The notes: generated by a model from the sequence alone, not told the origin. A stretch of 64,000 nucleotides of DNA from an uncultured Desulfarculus sp. (GCA_963665125.2 CAXXUK010000001.1:1216001-1280000), one strand, 5' to 3'; numbered from the stretch's first letter, positions 22,138 to 32,292 are shown. A program made the numbers and translations.

Positions 22138-22982
22138 TCCTGCAACCAGAAGATCTCCACGCCCTCGACCATCTCTGTTTCAAAGATGTCGCTGTCGAAT
22201 TCCTTGTTGTATTCCACGCTGTCGTTTTCCAAGGTCAGGGAGCGGCCGTCCGAGCCAAGGGTTTCCATGTTTTTCGGAAAGAACCAGGGCCCCAGCGGAG
22301 AAAAATCGCTGTAAACACAGTTATATGATTCGGTCTTATCGCCCTGTTGGCTCATCTGGGCCTTTACCACCGAATAATCCGCTATGCGGAAGCGAATCCG
22401 CTCCATCACCTTGGAGGCCGAGTCGGACAACACGAGTAATGCCTTGGCATCTTCCTCGGCGGATAATGAGGTGACAAGCATGTTCTCCAGCATCGGGGCG
22501 CTGCCGCCCAACAAGGCGTAAATTTCGTCGGGCGATAGGGCCACGCCAAGGAATGCGCCGATGTTTTTGCGGGTCGCCCGGCCCATGTAGATGCGGTTTT
22601 CATCAAAGGCTAACACTGAAAGACGGTTGCCGTCGGCCACCAGGCGCAGGACCGGTTGACCGAACGGACCGAAGACATCGGCCCGGATTCTGTCGGGATA
22701 GACACCCCATATAACGTGATCGCCATATAGCTCCGAGCCGTCGGGCATTGTCACGCTGATGGCGCCCTGCATGAAAAAGCTACGCAGGGCCTGCCGACGA
22801 AGCTCAAGCCTTTCAACTACATGCTCCGGTTTGGGCAATTCACCAATAACGGGGCTTTGAGGGGTGGCTATGCAAGAACTGATCATCATGCAAACGGTCA
22901 GGAGGACCATTGTCAAAAAGGATATGGCGGTGTTACACCGCTCAGTTCTTTTCCCCCGAAGTGTTTTGCAGTTTATTTTCAC
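22134..22982 (-). CDS. LolB-like / DUF4292-like lipoprotein
   Basis: Lipobox-like ISS-C; RIRADVFGPFGQPVLRL beta-rich pattern. True start may be near 22910. Confidence 0.6.
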   Translation of the reverse strand: MKINCKTLRGKRTERCNTAISFLTMVLLTVCMMISSCIATPQSPVIGELPKPEHVVERLELRRQALRSFFMQGAISVTMPDGSELYGDHVIWGVYPDRIRADVFGPFGQPVLRLVADGNRLSVLAFDENRIYMGRATRKNIGAFLGVALSPDEIYALLGGSAPMLENMLVTSLSAEEDAKALLVLSDSASKVMERIRFRIADYSVVKAQMSQQGDKTESYNCVYSDFSPLGPWFFPKNMETLGSDGRSLTLENDSVEYNKEFDSDIFETEMVEGVEIFWLQE

Positions 22983-24735
22983 GGGCCTTCTTCAGCTTGT
23001 TCTGCAGCGATTGTGTTTCTTTATGTCCCAGTTCGATGGCCTTTTCATAGGCTGCCACGGCCTCTTTCCAAAGTCCGAGCTTGCCGGCGGCGTCGCCGAG
23101 GTGGCTGTATATTTCCGCGTCATCCTCCCCGGATAGTGCGGCCCGGGAAAGATAAGTATAGGCCTGTTGATATTGGCCGCGCTTGTAAAAAACCCATCCA
23201 AGGCTATCGAGTATATAGCCGCTTTGAGGTTCAACGGCCAGGGCCCTTCTGATCAAGTCTTCGGCCTGATCAAGATCATCTCCCTCGTCGGCCAGGACAT
23301 AACCCAGGTAATTGAGAGCCCTGGAATGCCGCTCATCCAGCTTGATGGCTTGGTGCATCTGCTCCAACGCCTGGCCTCGTTTGCCCAGATTGTCCAAAAC
23401 CACGCCCAGCCTGAAATGGATCTCGGCGCTGGTGGGCTCCAACTCCAGGGCCTGGCGCAGGAGTTTTTCCGCATCATCGCGTTTTTTCTGTGAATCCTTT
23501 ATCGCCGCCATGGCCACCAGCAGATCAGAATCCTTTGGTTCGCTTTTTCTGGCCTCGGCCAATATATCCAAGGCCTCCTGCTTGCGGCCGTCCTGCAACA
23601 GCATGTCGGCCTGATGGAGCCTGGAATCGATAAAAAATTCGGAATCCTTGTCTATCAGCCGGAAGACCTGGATGGCTTCATTATGTTTGCCGGCCTCCTG
23701 CAAGGCGGCTCCAAGGTAATAGCGGGCCCGTTCGTTCTGGGGCTCATCGTTTAAAATGCCCCGGAACTCCTCGACCGCCAGATCGAACTTGCGTTCTTCA
23801 AGGTAGACCAGGCCGATCTTCAGCCTCACCTCGCTGTCGTCGCTGCTGATGCCCTTTACAATGGCGAATTCATGGAGGGCCTCTTCATAGCGGCCCGTGC
23901 TCAGATAAAAACGTCCCAGGCGGTCGTGGGCAACCGTGGAATCGGGGTTTGCATTGAGAATGCGCAGGTAAACGCCCTCCGCTTCACGGTATTTGTGCTG
24001 TTGTTCGTACACGGAAGCCAATTCAAAGCTGACAGCCTCGAAGCCAGGCGCAATAAGCAGAGCGGCCTTGAATTGATCTTCGGCCTGCTTGTAACGCTTC
24101 AGGGCCGCCAGAGCCTGGCCCAGGTAATAGCGGGAAAGGGCCAGCTTGGGCCGCATCTCCACCAGGCGTCCCAACACCTTCACGGCGTCTTCCATGCGCC
24201 CCTGGTCCATCAGAAGCGTGCCCAGGTACAAACGGGCCTCCTGTTGATCCGGATCCAGGGCCAATGCCTTTTCAAATGCCTGGACCGCCCTTGTCAGATC
24301 CTGCAGGCCGGAATAGATACCGCCCAGCATGAGCCAGCCGTCAACCAACTTTGGGTCTATTTTTACGGCGGCCTCGGCCTCGAGCAATGCCTGTTCGTTA
24401 CGGCCCATGCCCGCGTAGATGCGGGCGGCCTCAATCCGCAAATACGCGCTTTCGGGGTCGGTGGCAACCGCCTTTTGCAACCAAGCCAGACCCTCTTTCT
24501 TGTCACCGTTGGCAAAAGCCATTCTGGCGGTGGCATACATGGCCAGCGGGCTGCGTCCGGCAGCCGGCTTTTCAACGACCGGCTGGCTTGGCTCCATTGC
24601 CGCGCATCCGGCAATGAGTGACAGCAACAACAGCGCGGTCATTAGAGCCGCAATCTTGAAAACGCCCCGCAATTTATCAACCGTCCGGATTGTCAACTTA
24701 GTCCCCGGCAACAAGGTCTGAAAATTGGCCTTCAA
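22942..24735 (-). CDS. TPR-repeat lipoprotein
   Basis: Lipobox IAG-C; many TPR motifs; ALNYLGY...ILDSLGWVFY C-terminal TPR signature. True start is probably downstream of 24735. Confidence 0.88.
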   Translation of the reverse strand: MKANFQTLLPGTKLTIRTVDKLRGVFKIAALMTALLLLSLIAGCAAMEPSQPVVEKPAAGRSPLAMYATARMAFANGDKKEGLAWLQKAVATDPESAYLRIEAARIYAGMGRNEQALLEAEAAVKIDPKLVDGWLMLGGIYSGLQDLTRAVQAFEKALALDPDQQEARLYLGTLLMDQGRMEDAVKVLGRLVEMRPKLALSRYYLGQALAALKRYKQAEDQFKAALLIAPGFEAVSFELASVYEQQHKYREAEGVYLRILNANPDSTVAHDRLGRFYLSTGRYEEALHEFAIVKGISSDDSEVRLKIGLVYLEERKFDLAVEEFRGILNDEPQNERARYYLGAALQEAGKHNEAIQVFRLIDKDSEFFIDSRLHQADMLLQDGRKQEALDILAEARKSEPKDSDLLVAMAAIKDSQKKRDDAEKLLRQALELEPTSAEIHFRLGVVLDNLGKRGQALEQMHQAIKLDERHSRALNYLGYVLADEGDDLDQAEDLIRRALAVEPQSGYILDSLGWVFYKRGQYQQAYTYLSRAALSGEDDAEIYSHLGDAAGKLGLWKEAVAAYEKAIELGHKETQSLQNKLKKARENKLQNTSGEKN

Positions 24736-25741
24736 AATCCGGGATTTGCTCTTCGAGGTATTCCCGCAGATTTTCCATGAGCCTCACCTGTAACTGTCTG
24801 ATCCGTTCCCTGCTCACTCCATGGCGCTCGCCAAGATCGCTGAGCGTTTCTGGTTTCTCGCTGAGCAGTCTGTTATCAAGAATATCTCTATCTTTTTCGT
24901 CAAGGGTTTCGCGAAAATCCATGATTTTTTCATGGAATAGCGATTTTAGTTCATTATCGGCCAAATTTTCCTCTGCCGTGGCTTCATCCGAAGGCAAGAG
25001 GTTCTTGTGGGTGTCGTCCGAATCGTCGCGCACCGGTGAATCAAGGCTTAGTTCCCAGGAGTCAAGACGCTGTTCCATCTCGATGACGTCTTTTTCCGTG
25101 ACGCCCAAGCGGTCGCTCAACAACCTGGGGCCGGGCGTAATCCCCTGGGCTTGGAGCTTTTCTTTTTCACGGCGCAGTTTGTAAAAAAGTTTTCTCTGGG
25201 CCTGGGTGGTGCCGACCCTGACCATGCGCCAGTTGTCCATAATGAATTTCAGGATATAGGCCTTGATCCAAAATGAAGCGTAATAAGAAAATTTGATATC
25301 CCTGAAAGGATCGAACTTTTGCACTGCCTGCAACAGGCCAATATTGCCTTCCTGGATAAGATCCAAAAGGTTGCGCATCCAGTAGCGCTGATGGTCCATG
25401 GCGATTTTCACCACCAGCCGCAGGTTGCTGGTGACAAGTCTGGCCGCCGCTTCTGGGTCCTTGGTTTTGGCGTATCTCTGGGCCAGTTCCGTTTCCTCTT
25501 CCCTGGTCAACAACGGATATTGTCTGGCCTCCCAGAGATACCTCTGCAAAGTGCCCATTTGCGACGTCGCGGGCATTTGCTTTTCATCGCCGACAAGCAC
25601 GGGCGCGTTGGCGGCCAGGTCTTCATCCTGGTCCTCCGCATCGTCCGAATCCATTATTTCCGGCTCCAGCACATCAACTTCCAAATCTGAAACCAGATTG
25701 TCTCCGTTGTTTGCATTGTCGGATTTTGATTCCCGGCTCAT
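24698..25741 (-). CDS. rpoH: RNA polymerase sigma factor, RpoH/sigma32 family
   Basis: NLRLVVKIA, DLIQEGNIGL, RpoH-box-like NWRMVRVGTTQAQRKLFYKLR, region 4 SRERIRQL. Confidence 0.88.
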   Translation of the reverse strand: MSRESKSDNANNGDNLVSDLEVDVLEPEIMDSDDAEDQDEDLAANAPVLVGDEKQMPATSQMGTLQRYLWEARQYPLLTREEETELAQRYAKTKDPEAAARLVTSNLRLVVKIAMDHQRYWMRNLLDLIQEGNIGLLQAVQKFDPFRDIKFSYYASFWIKAYILKFIMDNWRMVRVGTTQAQRKLFYKLRREKEKLQAQGITPGPRLLSDRLGVTEKDVIEMEQRLDSWELSLDSPVRDDSDDTHKNLLPSDEATAEENLADNELKSLFHEKIMDFRETLDEKDRDILDNRLLSEKPETLSDLGERHGVSRERIRQLQVRLMENLREYLEEQIPDFEGQFSDLVAGD

Positions 25742-25903
25742 GAGTCTCCCGGTGTGGTTGCCTTCCAAGAAATTTGGGCGGGTTCGGTGTCCTCAATATG
25801 TGGTAAGGTTAAGTCAATTATCCCATTCTATCAACAGAATCAATTTTTTATAACCTAGAGCATACTGCCCGCGCAATCACGCGGCAAGGAAAAAGGAGCC
25901 CTA

Positions 25904-26755
25904 ATGCCGGCAGTGACTTATCCCCAGGCTCCATTGCCCGAGGGATTTAATTGCACCAGCATCAACTGCAAAGGAATGGAGTTGAAGGTTGTCAGCGGCG
26001 GCACGGGGCCACTTATCCTGTTCCTGCATGGACTGGGAGGCAGCAGTGAAGATTTTTATCCGGTGATGAGCCGATTGTTTGATGGTTTCGAGTGTATTGC
26101 CATTGATTTTCCGGGTTTCGGGTTTTCCACCAAACCGGATGTTGATTACGGTATTGACTTCTTTTGCATGGTAGTTCAAGAAGTTATGGCACAGCTACCC
26201 GCCAGGCCCCAGGCGGTTGCGGGCCATTCCATGGGCGGCCATGTCGTTCTCAAATACTCAATCGATCATCCCGGCCAATTGGACAAGGTCATTGCCATTT
26301 GCCCGGCTGGCGGTCACACGAGCGCCAGATGGTACCATAGGCTTTTATTCACCTTTTGGGTTAAGGACGGCGACCGTCTGCGGCATGTCAGGCCCATTAT
26401 CATGAAACACATCGCCATGTGGCCCTTTGCCGATCGCACCAGCGACATATGCCGCATGTTCGGCGAAAAATTCATTGCGCAATGGTACGACGGCCAGACC
26501 CATAACCGCGAGGTGGCGCTGGTCCGTTCAGGGCGCTCCATACTGGAAAACCCCATTTGGCAAGATGCAGGCTCCATTACGTCTCAAGTTCTCATGATTA
26601 CCGGCGCCCAAGACCACATAACCCCGACAGAGGACACGGAACGTTTGGCTTCCGCCATGAATGGTGTTAAAAATATTATTGTAGATCAAGGTCATATGGC
26701 TATTTATACTAATGCCGACCAGGTTAGCGATGCCATCGCCGCTTTTATGAAATGA
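25904..26755 (+). CDS. Alpha/beta fold hydrolase
   Basis: FLHGLGG, DFPGFGFS, GHSMGG nucleophile elbow, GAQD, GH. Confidence 0.88.
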   Translation: MPAVTYPQAPLPEGFNCTSINCKGMELKVVSGGTGPLILFLHGLGGSSEDFYPVMSRLFDGFECIAIDFPGFGFSTKPDVDYGIDFFCMVVQEVMAQLPARPQAVAGHSMGGHVVLKYSIDHPGQLDKVIAICPAGGHTSARWYHRLLFTFWVKDGDRLRHVRPIIMKHIAMWPFADRTSDICRMFGEKFIAQWYDGQTHNREVALVRSGRSILENPIWQDAGSITSQVLMITGAQDHITPTEDTERLASAMNGVKNIIVDQGHMAIYTNADQVSDAIAAFMK

Positions 26756-26796
26756 CCTTTTTTTTGCCACGCCACCACCTGCAAAAAATCGGTTAT

Positions 26797-26824
26797 TTGA
26801 CATTTCAGGTCATAGGGGTATCAT
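26797..26824 (+). promoter_or_regulatory. Putative sigma70 promoter for mgtE-recO
   Basis: TTGACA-N16-TATCAT about 60 nt before the mgtE start. Confidence 0.5.
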
Positions 26825-26885
26825 CCCACGCGGGTAGTTTAAGACTGCGGCAAGACAAACCCGCACCCGGCTTCTGGAGATTCAT

Positions 26886-28247
26886 GTGCCTCATCCCAAC
26901 AAGTTAATAATCCAAGAAATACGGCCACTGCTGATTCCCGGCACATTGAATCAAGCCAGAGAACTCATTGCCGGCATGCACCCGGCCGATATCGCCGATA
27001 TTATCGAGCGGCTCCCGGAAAACGAAAAACGCATTCTTTTTCACGCCCTTGACCCCCGCATGGCCTCGGAAGTCGTGGTGGAGCTTTCCGACTTTTCCAG
27101 GGACCAGGTCCTCGAAGGCATCCAGACTCAGCGTCTGGCAGACATCGTCGACGACATGCCTTCCGACGAGGCCACCGACATCATCGCCGACCTCCCCGCG
27201 GGCAAGGCGGCGGAGGTTCTCAGCCGCATCGACGACGAAGACACCGAAGAAGTCAAAACCCTGCTGCAATACGACGAGGAAAGCGCCGGCGGCATCATGC
27301 AGCTGGAACTTGTCTCGGCCCGCCTCGATCAGACGGTCAGCCAGGTCGTGGATGAGATCCGCAAGGTCAAGGACGAAGTCGGTGAGGTCTACAACGTCTT
27401 TGTAGTGGATGCCCTCGGTCGCGTGGTGGGTTCATTGCCCCTGCAAAAGCTGATCTTGGCCGATCCCGGGGAACTGGTGGAGGATATTGCCGACCCCTGT
27501 CCTCTGTTGATCAAGGCCGATGACGACCAGGAGACAGTGGCCCACAAATTCCGCCATTACGACCTGGTAAGCGCGCCGGTTGTGGATGACGACGACAAAC
27601 TGCTGGGCCGCATCACCATCGACGACGTCATGGAGGTCTTGGAAGAAGAAACACGGGAAGACTTGTTGCGCATGGCCGGTACTTCGTCTGAAGAAGACAT
27701 GTTCTACACCGACCGCATTTTCCGCATCAGCCGCATGAGGCTTCCCTGGCTTGTCACCAACCTTATCGGCGGTTTGGTGGCCGGTGGCTTTTTGTGGCTT
27801 TTCAAGGTCACCCTGCCCGACGCCTTGTTCTTGATGACATTTGTCCCGGTCATCATGGCAATGGGCGGCAATGTCGGTATTCAATCGTCCACCGTCATGG
27901 TCCGCGGTTTTGCTGTTGGCGCTGTGTCCATGGCCAACATCAAACAAATCCTTTCCAAGGAGATACGCGTCGCCCTGGTCATAGGCTTGATCTGCGGAAC
28001 ATTGGCCGGCCTGGTTGCCCATATATGGCACGGAAATGCTGTTTTGGGTGTTGTTGTGGCCCTCTCTATGTTGGCGGCAATATTGGCCGCTTCGCTAATG
28101 GGCACTCTCGCTCCGGCACTGTTCCACAGGCTGGGCATTGATCCTGCAATAAGCAGCGGCCCCTTTGTGACCACGGCCAATGACATTATCGGCATCCTGA
28201 TATATTTCCTCATTGCCGCGATATTCTACAGGGTTTTGATTCCTTGA
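26886..28247 (+). CDS. mgtE: Magnesium transporter MgtE
   Basis: HPADIA N-domain, CBS pair (GRITIDD), RLPWL, MGGNVG.Q, DPA.SSGPFVTT.ND. Confidence 0.96.
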   Translation: MPHPNKLIIQEIRPLLIPGTLNQARELIAGMHPADIADIIERLPENEKRILFHALDPRMASEVVVELSDFSRDQVLEGIQTQRLADIVDDMPSDEATDIIADLPAGKAAEVLSRIDDEDTEEVKTLLQYDEESAGGIMQLELVSARLDQTVSQVVDEIRKVKDEVGEVYNVFVVDALGRVVGSLPLQKLILADPGELVEDIADPCPLLIKADDDQETVAHKFRHYDLVSAPVVDDDDKLLGRITIDDVMEVLEEETREDLLRMAGTSSEEDMFYTDRIFRISRMRLPWLVTNLIGGLVAGGFLWLFKVTLPDALFLMTFVPVIMAMGGNVGIQSSTVMVRGFAVGAVSMANIKQILSKEIRVALVIGLICGTLAGLVAHIWHGNAVLGVVVALSMLAAILAASLMGTLAPALFHRLGIDPAISSGPFVTTANDIIGILIYFLIAAIFYRVLIP

Positions 28248-28248
28248 T

Positions 28249-29010
28249 ATGACGGGGCGCACCACAATCGGCATGATTCTGCGCCTCCGGGAATTGGGCG
28301 AAAGCGACCTTCTCGTTGATCTTTACACCGGGCCCATGGGCAGGCTCACGGCCATTGCCAAAGGCGCCAGGCGTTCCCAAAAGCGGTTCTTCGGCTTATT
28401 GCTTGTCGGCCATCTCATAGAAGCACAATTGGTTAAGGGCAAAAGCGGCGATTTGTGGCGCCTCGACAGCGCCAAGGTCGTGCATACCTATGCCCCGCTA
28501 AGGGCGCAGTGGTCCCGCTGGCTGTTTGCCGCCCCGGTGCTGGAATTACTGCTTCGCATCACCGCCGCACACGACCCTTCAGAAGGTCTGTTGTCGTTGG
28601 CCGACAACACCTTACAGCGCATATGCTCTTTAAAGGAACAGCGCCTGATGGCCTCCAGCCTATTGATTTTCACGGTGGTGCTGGTCCAAAAACTCGGATT
28701 CGGTCTCAGCTTTGAATATTGCGTGCGGTGCGGCCAAAGGGTTGAACCCAGCGACAACATCCGATTGTCACTGGAAGGCGGAGTCGTCTGTTCCCAATGC
28801 CCGGCTCCACAAAATTGTCATACCGTGCCCCAAGGCCTTGTCAAGGGTATGTCAGCGGCTCGGGATATAGCGCCGGATCAGCGCGGACGCCTGGCTTTTC
28901 CGCTTTCCGTGGGCGTCCCGGGCCTCAGATTCATGACCGATTATCTACAGACAATTTGTGGCAGGGATATCCAATCGTTAGGCGTTTTATTGGATGATTT
29001 GCCTAAATAA
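28249..29010 (+). CDS. recO: DNA repair protein RecO
   Basis: GESDLLVDLYT...G...AKGARRS.KRF OB-fold; CVRC...CSQC zinc finger. Confidence 0.9.
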   Translation: MTGRTTIGMILRLRELGESDLLVDLYTGPMGRLTAIAKGARRSQKRFFGLLLVGHLIEAQLVKGKSGDLWRLDSAKVVHTYAPLRAQWSRWLFAAPVLELLLRITAAHDPSEGLLSLADNTLQRICSLKEQRLMASSLLIFTVVLVQKLGFGLSFEYCVRCGQRVEPSDNIRLSLEGGVVCSQCPAPQNCHTVPQGLVKGMSAARDIAPDQRGRLAFPLSVGVPGLRFMTDYLQTICGRDIQSLGVLLDDLPK

Positions 29011-29827
29011 CTGCCTATATCGATTTACCATTTCGGTATATTTCATTTAAAACTGTTCAATTTGGACGAAATTGTCATGATAATATTAACTATTTCTTCG
29101 CAATTATTCTGAAAAACGTGGGACTTCTATAATTTTTATGAACCTATTTGATTTAGTTTTTAGTTATTCCTAATTTAAAATAGTCAAGATTGCCAAACTA
29201 TTCCATCTCGTGCAGTTTAAAAACTCGACTATTAAAATGTTCAATCTTCAACGGTTAGTCTACATGTGGCGTCGACCTAGGCGAGTTCCCTATTGTCGTC
29301 ACGGCGAAATAACGCCAATTCCCCAACTCAACGGGAACGATTGGTGAATTCGGAAAACCGAATGCGGCCCGATTCAAGAAGAAATAACTACTAGTTACTG
29401 TATTTTAATGGTGTTTATTACAAATAAACCATTTTTTAGGCTTACATTAAGGCGGTGCTGTTCGATATAAATTCATAACAACCAGAAGTTATTAGTTTCT
29501 GAACCGATATTGCCTCGGAATAACGAGTCGCAGATTCCTTCTATTTGTTGGACATATTATTCCTCCCACTTAATCACCTAATATTATCAGTTGTTGGTAG
29601 TGGTTAGTTTGGCACAACTGGGTGGTGGGTTTGATTTTGTTTGTTGCGAAGGTTTTTAGCCGGCCACAAGCAGTCTTTATATTGTTATTACAATATGTTA
29701 TATATATCAGAACCGTTATCGGTATATTTACTACCACCAGGAGGCCCAAACACTGCACAACTTTGGTATTTGCCTGATTATGCCGCCGAATGTACCATTG
29801 GCAAGTTCCCTTGCCGGAGTGACTTGA

Positions 29828-30844
29828 TTGTCTCAGGATGCTGTTCTCAAACCAAAACGCCCCATGACGGGAATAACCACAACCGTTCCGGTGGAGGTCC
29901 TTCTCGCCGCCAAACTGTGCCCTGTCGACTTGAACAACCGCTTCATAACCCACTCCCAACCTCACGATCTGGTGCGCAAGGCCGAGGAGCAAGGCATGCC
30001 CCGCACCCTATGCGCCTGGGTCAAGGGCATGTACGCCTGGCTTCTGGATCACCCCGAGGTTGAAACCATCGTCGCGGTGACCCAGGGAGACTGCTCCAAC
30101 ACCCACGCCCTTGCCGAATTGCTGAGCATGGCCGGCAGACGGGTAGTGAAATTCGAGTATCCCACCAGCCGCCGCCCCGATGAACTACAACATCAAATCG
30201 AAAAGCTCGCCAACGCGCTTGGGGCGGACCTTGACATAGCCGAAGGCATCCGCGACGAACTGCGGCCGATCCGAGACGACCTGGCCAGGCTGGACCGCCT
30301 GACCTGGGACGGCGGATTTGTGACCGGCGATGAAAACCATCTGTGGCAGGTCTGCTCCAGCGATTTTGACGGTGACCCGGTTGATTTCGGAAATCGGCTC
30401 AAGCAATTCCTGAGCTTGGCTGAAAAACGTCCCGCCATCGACGACCGCCCCAGATTGGGTCTTGTCGGCGTGCCGCCGATTTTCAGCGACATCCACCAAA
30501 CCGTCGCGGAATTCGGCGCGGCCATTGTTTTCAATGAAGTCCAGCGCCAATTCGCAATGCCTCACAACGGCCCGGACCACAAAAATCTCTGCGAGCAGTA
30601 CCTGGCCTTTACCTATCCCTACGATATATTCGGCCGGATCAGAGACATTGCCGCCCAGATAAAACTGCGTTCCCTTGACGGCCTCATTCACTATACCCAG
30701 ACCTTCTGCCATCGTCAGATTCAGGATATCGCCTTGCGAAAAATGCTCGGCGTTCCTATTTTAACCCTTGAGGGAGACACCACCGGCCCTGTCGACGGCC
30801 GCACCAGACTACGCATCGAGGCTTTTTTGGAGATGCTTCGTTGA
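29828..30844 (+). CDS. 2-hydroxyacyl-CoA dehydratase family (D component-like)
   Basis: GITTTVPVE, PRTLCAWVKG, GDCSN, YTYPY, HYTQTFC.R, R.RIEAFLEML. Confidence 0.85.
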   Translation: MSQDAVLKPKRPMTGITTTVPVEVLLAAKLCPVDLNNRFITHSQPHDLVRKAEEQGMPRTLCAWVKGMYAWLLDHPEVETIVAVTQGDCSNTHALAELLSMAGRRVVKFEYPTSRRPDELQHQIEKLANALGADLDIAEGIRDELRPIRDDLARLDRLTWDGGFVTGDENHLWQVCSSDFDGDPVDFGNRLKQFLSLAEKRPAIDDRPRLGLVGVPPIFSDIHQTVAEFGAAIVFNEVQRQFAMPHNGPDHKNLCEQYLAFTYPYDIFGRIRDIAAQIKLRSLDGLIHYTQTFCHRQIQDIALRKMLGVPILTLEGDTTGPVDGRTRLRIEAFLEMLR

Positions 30845-30944
30845 TTAACGGGACTCGCGCGCCAAGACGGACAGTGGTATTGTTGTTGCCGAATTCACAT
30901 TTTAAATAAATAAGCTGGAAATATTGACTTGATGAGGTGTCTTG

Positions 30945-31991
30945 ATGAGCGATCAACAGTTATTCGATCCAATTATTGAAGAAGCGCTCAAGGAAGTGAA
31001 CTACCCTGGTTTCAACCAGGACATCGTTGCCATGGGCTTGGTTCTGGAAGCAAAACTGGAAAACGGCAAGGCCACGATACGCATGCGGCCCGTCGCGGCC
31101 CCCCCCGAAGTTCGTGAAGGTCTTGAGGACGTCATCGCGGCCAAGATCGGCGCCCTGCCCGGCGTTAAGGAACTGGAGTTGCACATTCCGGAACCACCAC
31201 AACCCAAGGCCCAAAAGCCCAAAGGCCCCCAGGCAATCCCCGGCGTGAAAACCGTTGTGCCCGTGGCTTCGGGCAAAGGCGGAGTCGGCAAATCCACTGT
31301 CTCGGTAAACCTGGCCATGGCCATGGCCGAGCGCGGCCTCAAGGTCGGCCTGTTGGACCTGGACCTTTACGGCCCGTCCATTCCGATCATGCTGGGCATG
31401 CAGGGCGCTCAACCAGAAGCAGGCGAAGGCGGCAAAATGCTGCCCATTCAAAAAAATGGCCTCAAGGTGCTTTCCATCGGCTTTTTGATCGGCGCTGACA
31501 AGGCCCTTATCTGGCGCGGCCCGCTGATCATGAAGGCCGTGCGCCAGTTGTTGCATGACTCCGACTGGGGCGAACTGGATGTGCTGGTCCTGGACCTGCC
31601 TCCCGGCACAGGCGATGTGCAGATCACAATGGCCCAGGAAGTGCCCGTCACCGGTGCGGTGGTGGTCACCACGCCCCAGGACGTGGCCTTGGCCGACGCC
31701 ATCCGGGCCGTGGACATGTTCCGGCAGATCGGTTCGGGCATCATCGGCATCGTCGAAAATATGAGCTTCTTTATTTGTCCGGACTGTGGCGGCCGCCACG
31801 AAATCTTCGGACACGGTTCGGTGGAGCCTCTCTGCGCCAAGCTGGGTGTGCCCTTCCTGGGCGAACTGCCCCTGGACATGGCCGTGCCCAAGATGGCCGA
31901 CAATGGTTTGGCCGCCGTCCAAAACGCCTCTTCGGCCGATGCCTACGAGGCGGTTGCCGAAAAGGTGGCCAAAGAGCTGGAATTGATTTAA
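30945..31991 (+). CDS. mrp: Mrp/NBP35 (ApbC) Fe-S carrier ATPase
   Basis: VASGKGGVGKST, WRGP, DLPPGTGD, VTTPQ, ENMS..CPDC. Confidence 0.93.
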   Translation: MSDQQLFDPIIEEALKEVNYPGFNQDIVAMGLVLEAKLENGKATIRMRPVAAPPEVREGLEDVIAAKIGALPGVKELELHIPEPPQPKAQKPKGPQAIPGVKTVVPVASGKGGVGKSTVSVNLAMAMAERGLKVGLLDLDLYGPSIPIMLGMQGAQPEAGEGGKMLPIQKNGLKVLSIGFLIGADKALIWRGPLIMKAVRQLLHDSDWGELDVLVLDLPPGTGDVQITMAQEVPVTGAVVVTTPQDVALADAIRAVDMFRQIGSGIIGIVENMSFFICPDCGGRHEIFGHGSVEPLCAKLGVPFLGELPLDMAVPKMADNGLAAVQNASSADAYEAVAEKVAKELELI

Positions 31992-32058
31992 TAATGCCGC
32001 GAGCCCGCCGGTACTGGGCGGTCCCCGTACCGGCGGCTCATCATAAAAGGTGAAACCA

Positions 32059-32292
32059 ATGGCTTTGACAAGAGAACAGGTCGAAACAACACTGGAAGAG
32101 GCCCGCTCCGAATTGAAAAAGCACGGCGGCAACGTTGAGTTGGTAGGTGTAGGCGACCAGGGCGTGGTCATGGTCCGGCTTACAGGCGCCTGCGCAGGAT
32201 GCAAGTCGGCCCCCATCACCTTGCGCGATATCATTGAAAAGACCTTAAAAGAAAAGCTGCCCGAGGTGCAAAGAGTCGACGCCATGCTGTGA
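32059..32292 (+). CDS. NifU/Nfu family Fe-S scaffold
   Basis: HGGNVELV...LTGACAGC...TL..IE pattern. Confidence 0.88.
   Translation: MALTREQVETTLEEARSELKKHGGNVELVGVGDQGVVMVRLTGACAGCKSAPITLRDIIEKTLKEKLPEVQRVDAML

Noticed and set aside
26825..26885. M-box riboswitch upstream of mgtE
   Set aside because: The leader is only ~60 nt after the putative promoter, too short, and lacks M-box features.
29011..29827. Possible oriC or dif site in the long AT-rich spacer
   Set aside because: I found no TTATCCACA-type DnaA boxes and no convincing XerC/D dif arms.
30960..32285. 441-aa minus-strand ORF
   Set aside because: Antisense to mrp/nifU, no domain signal.
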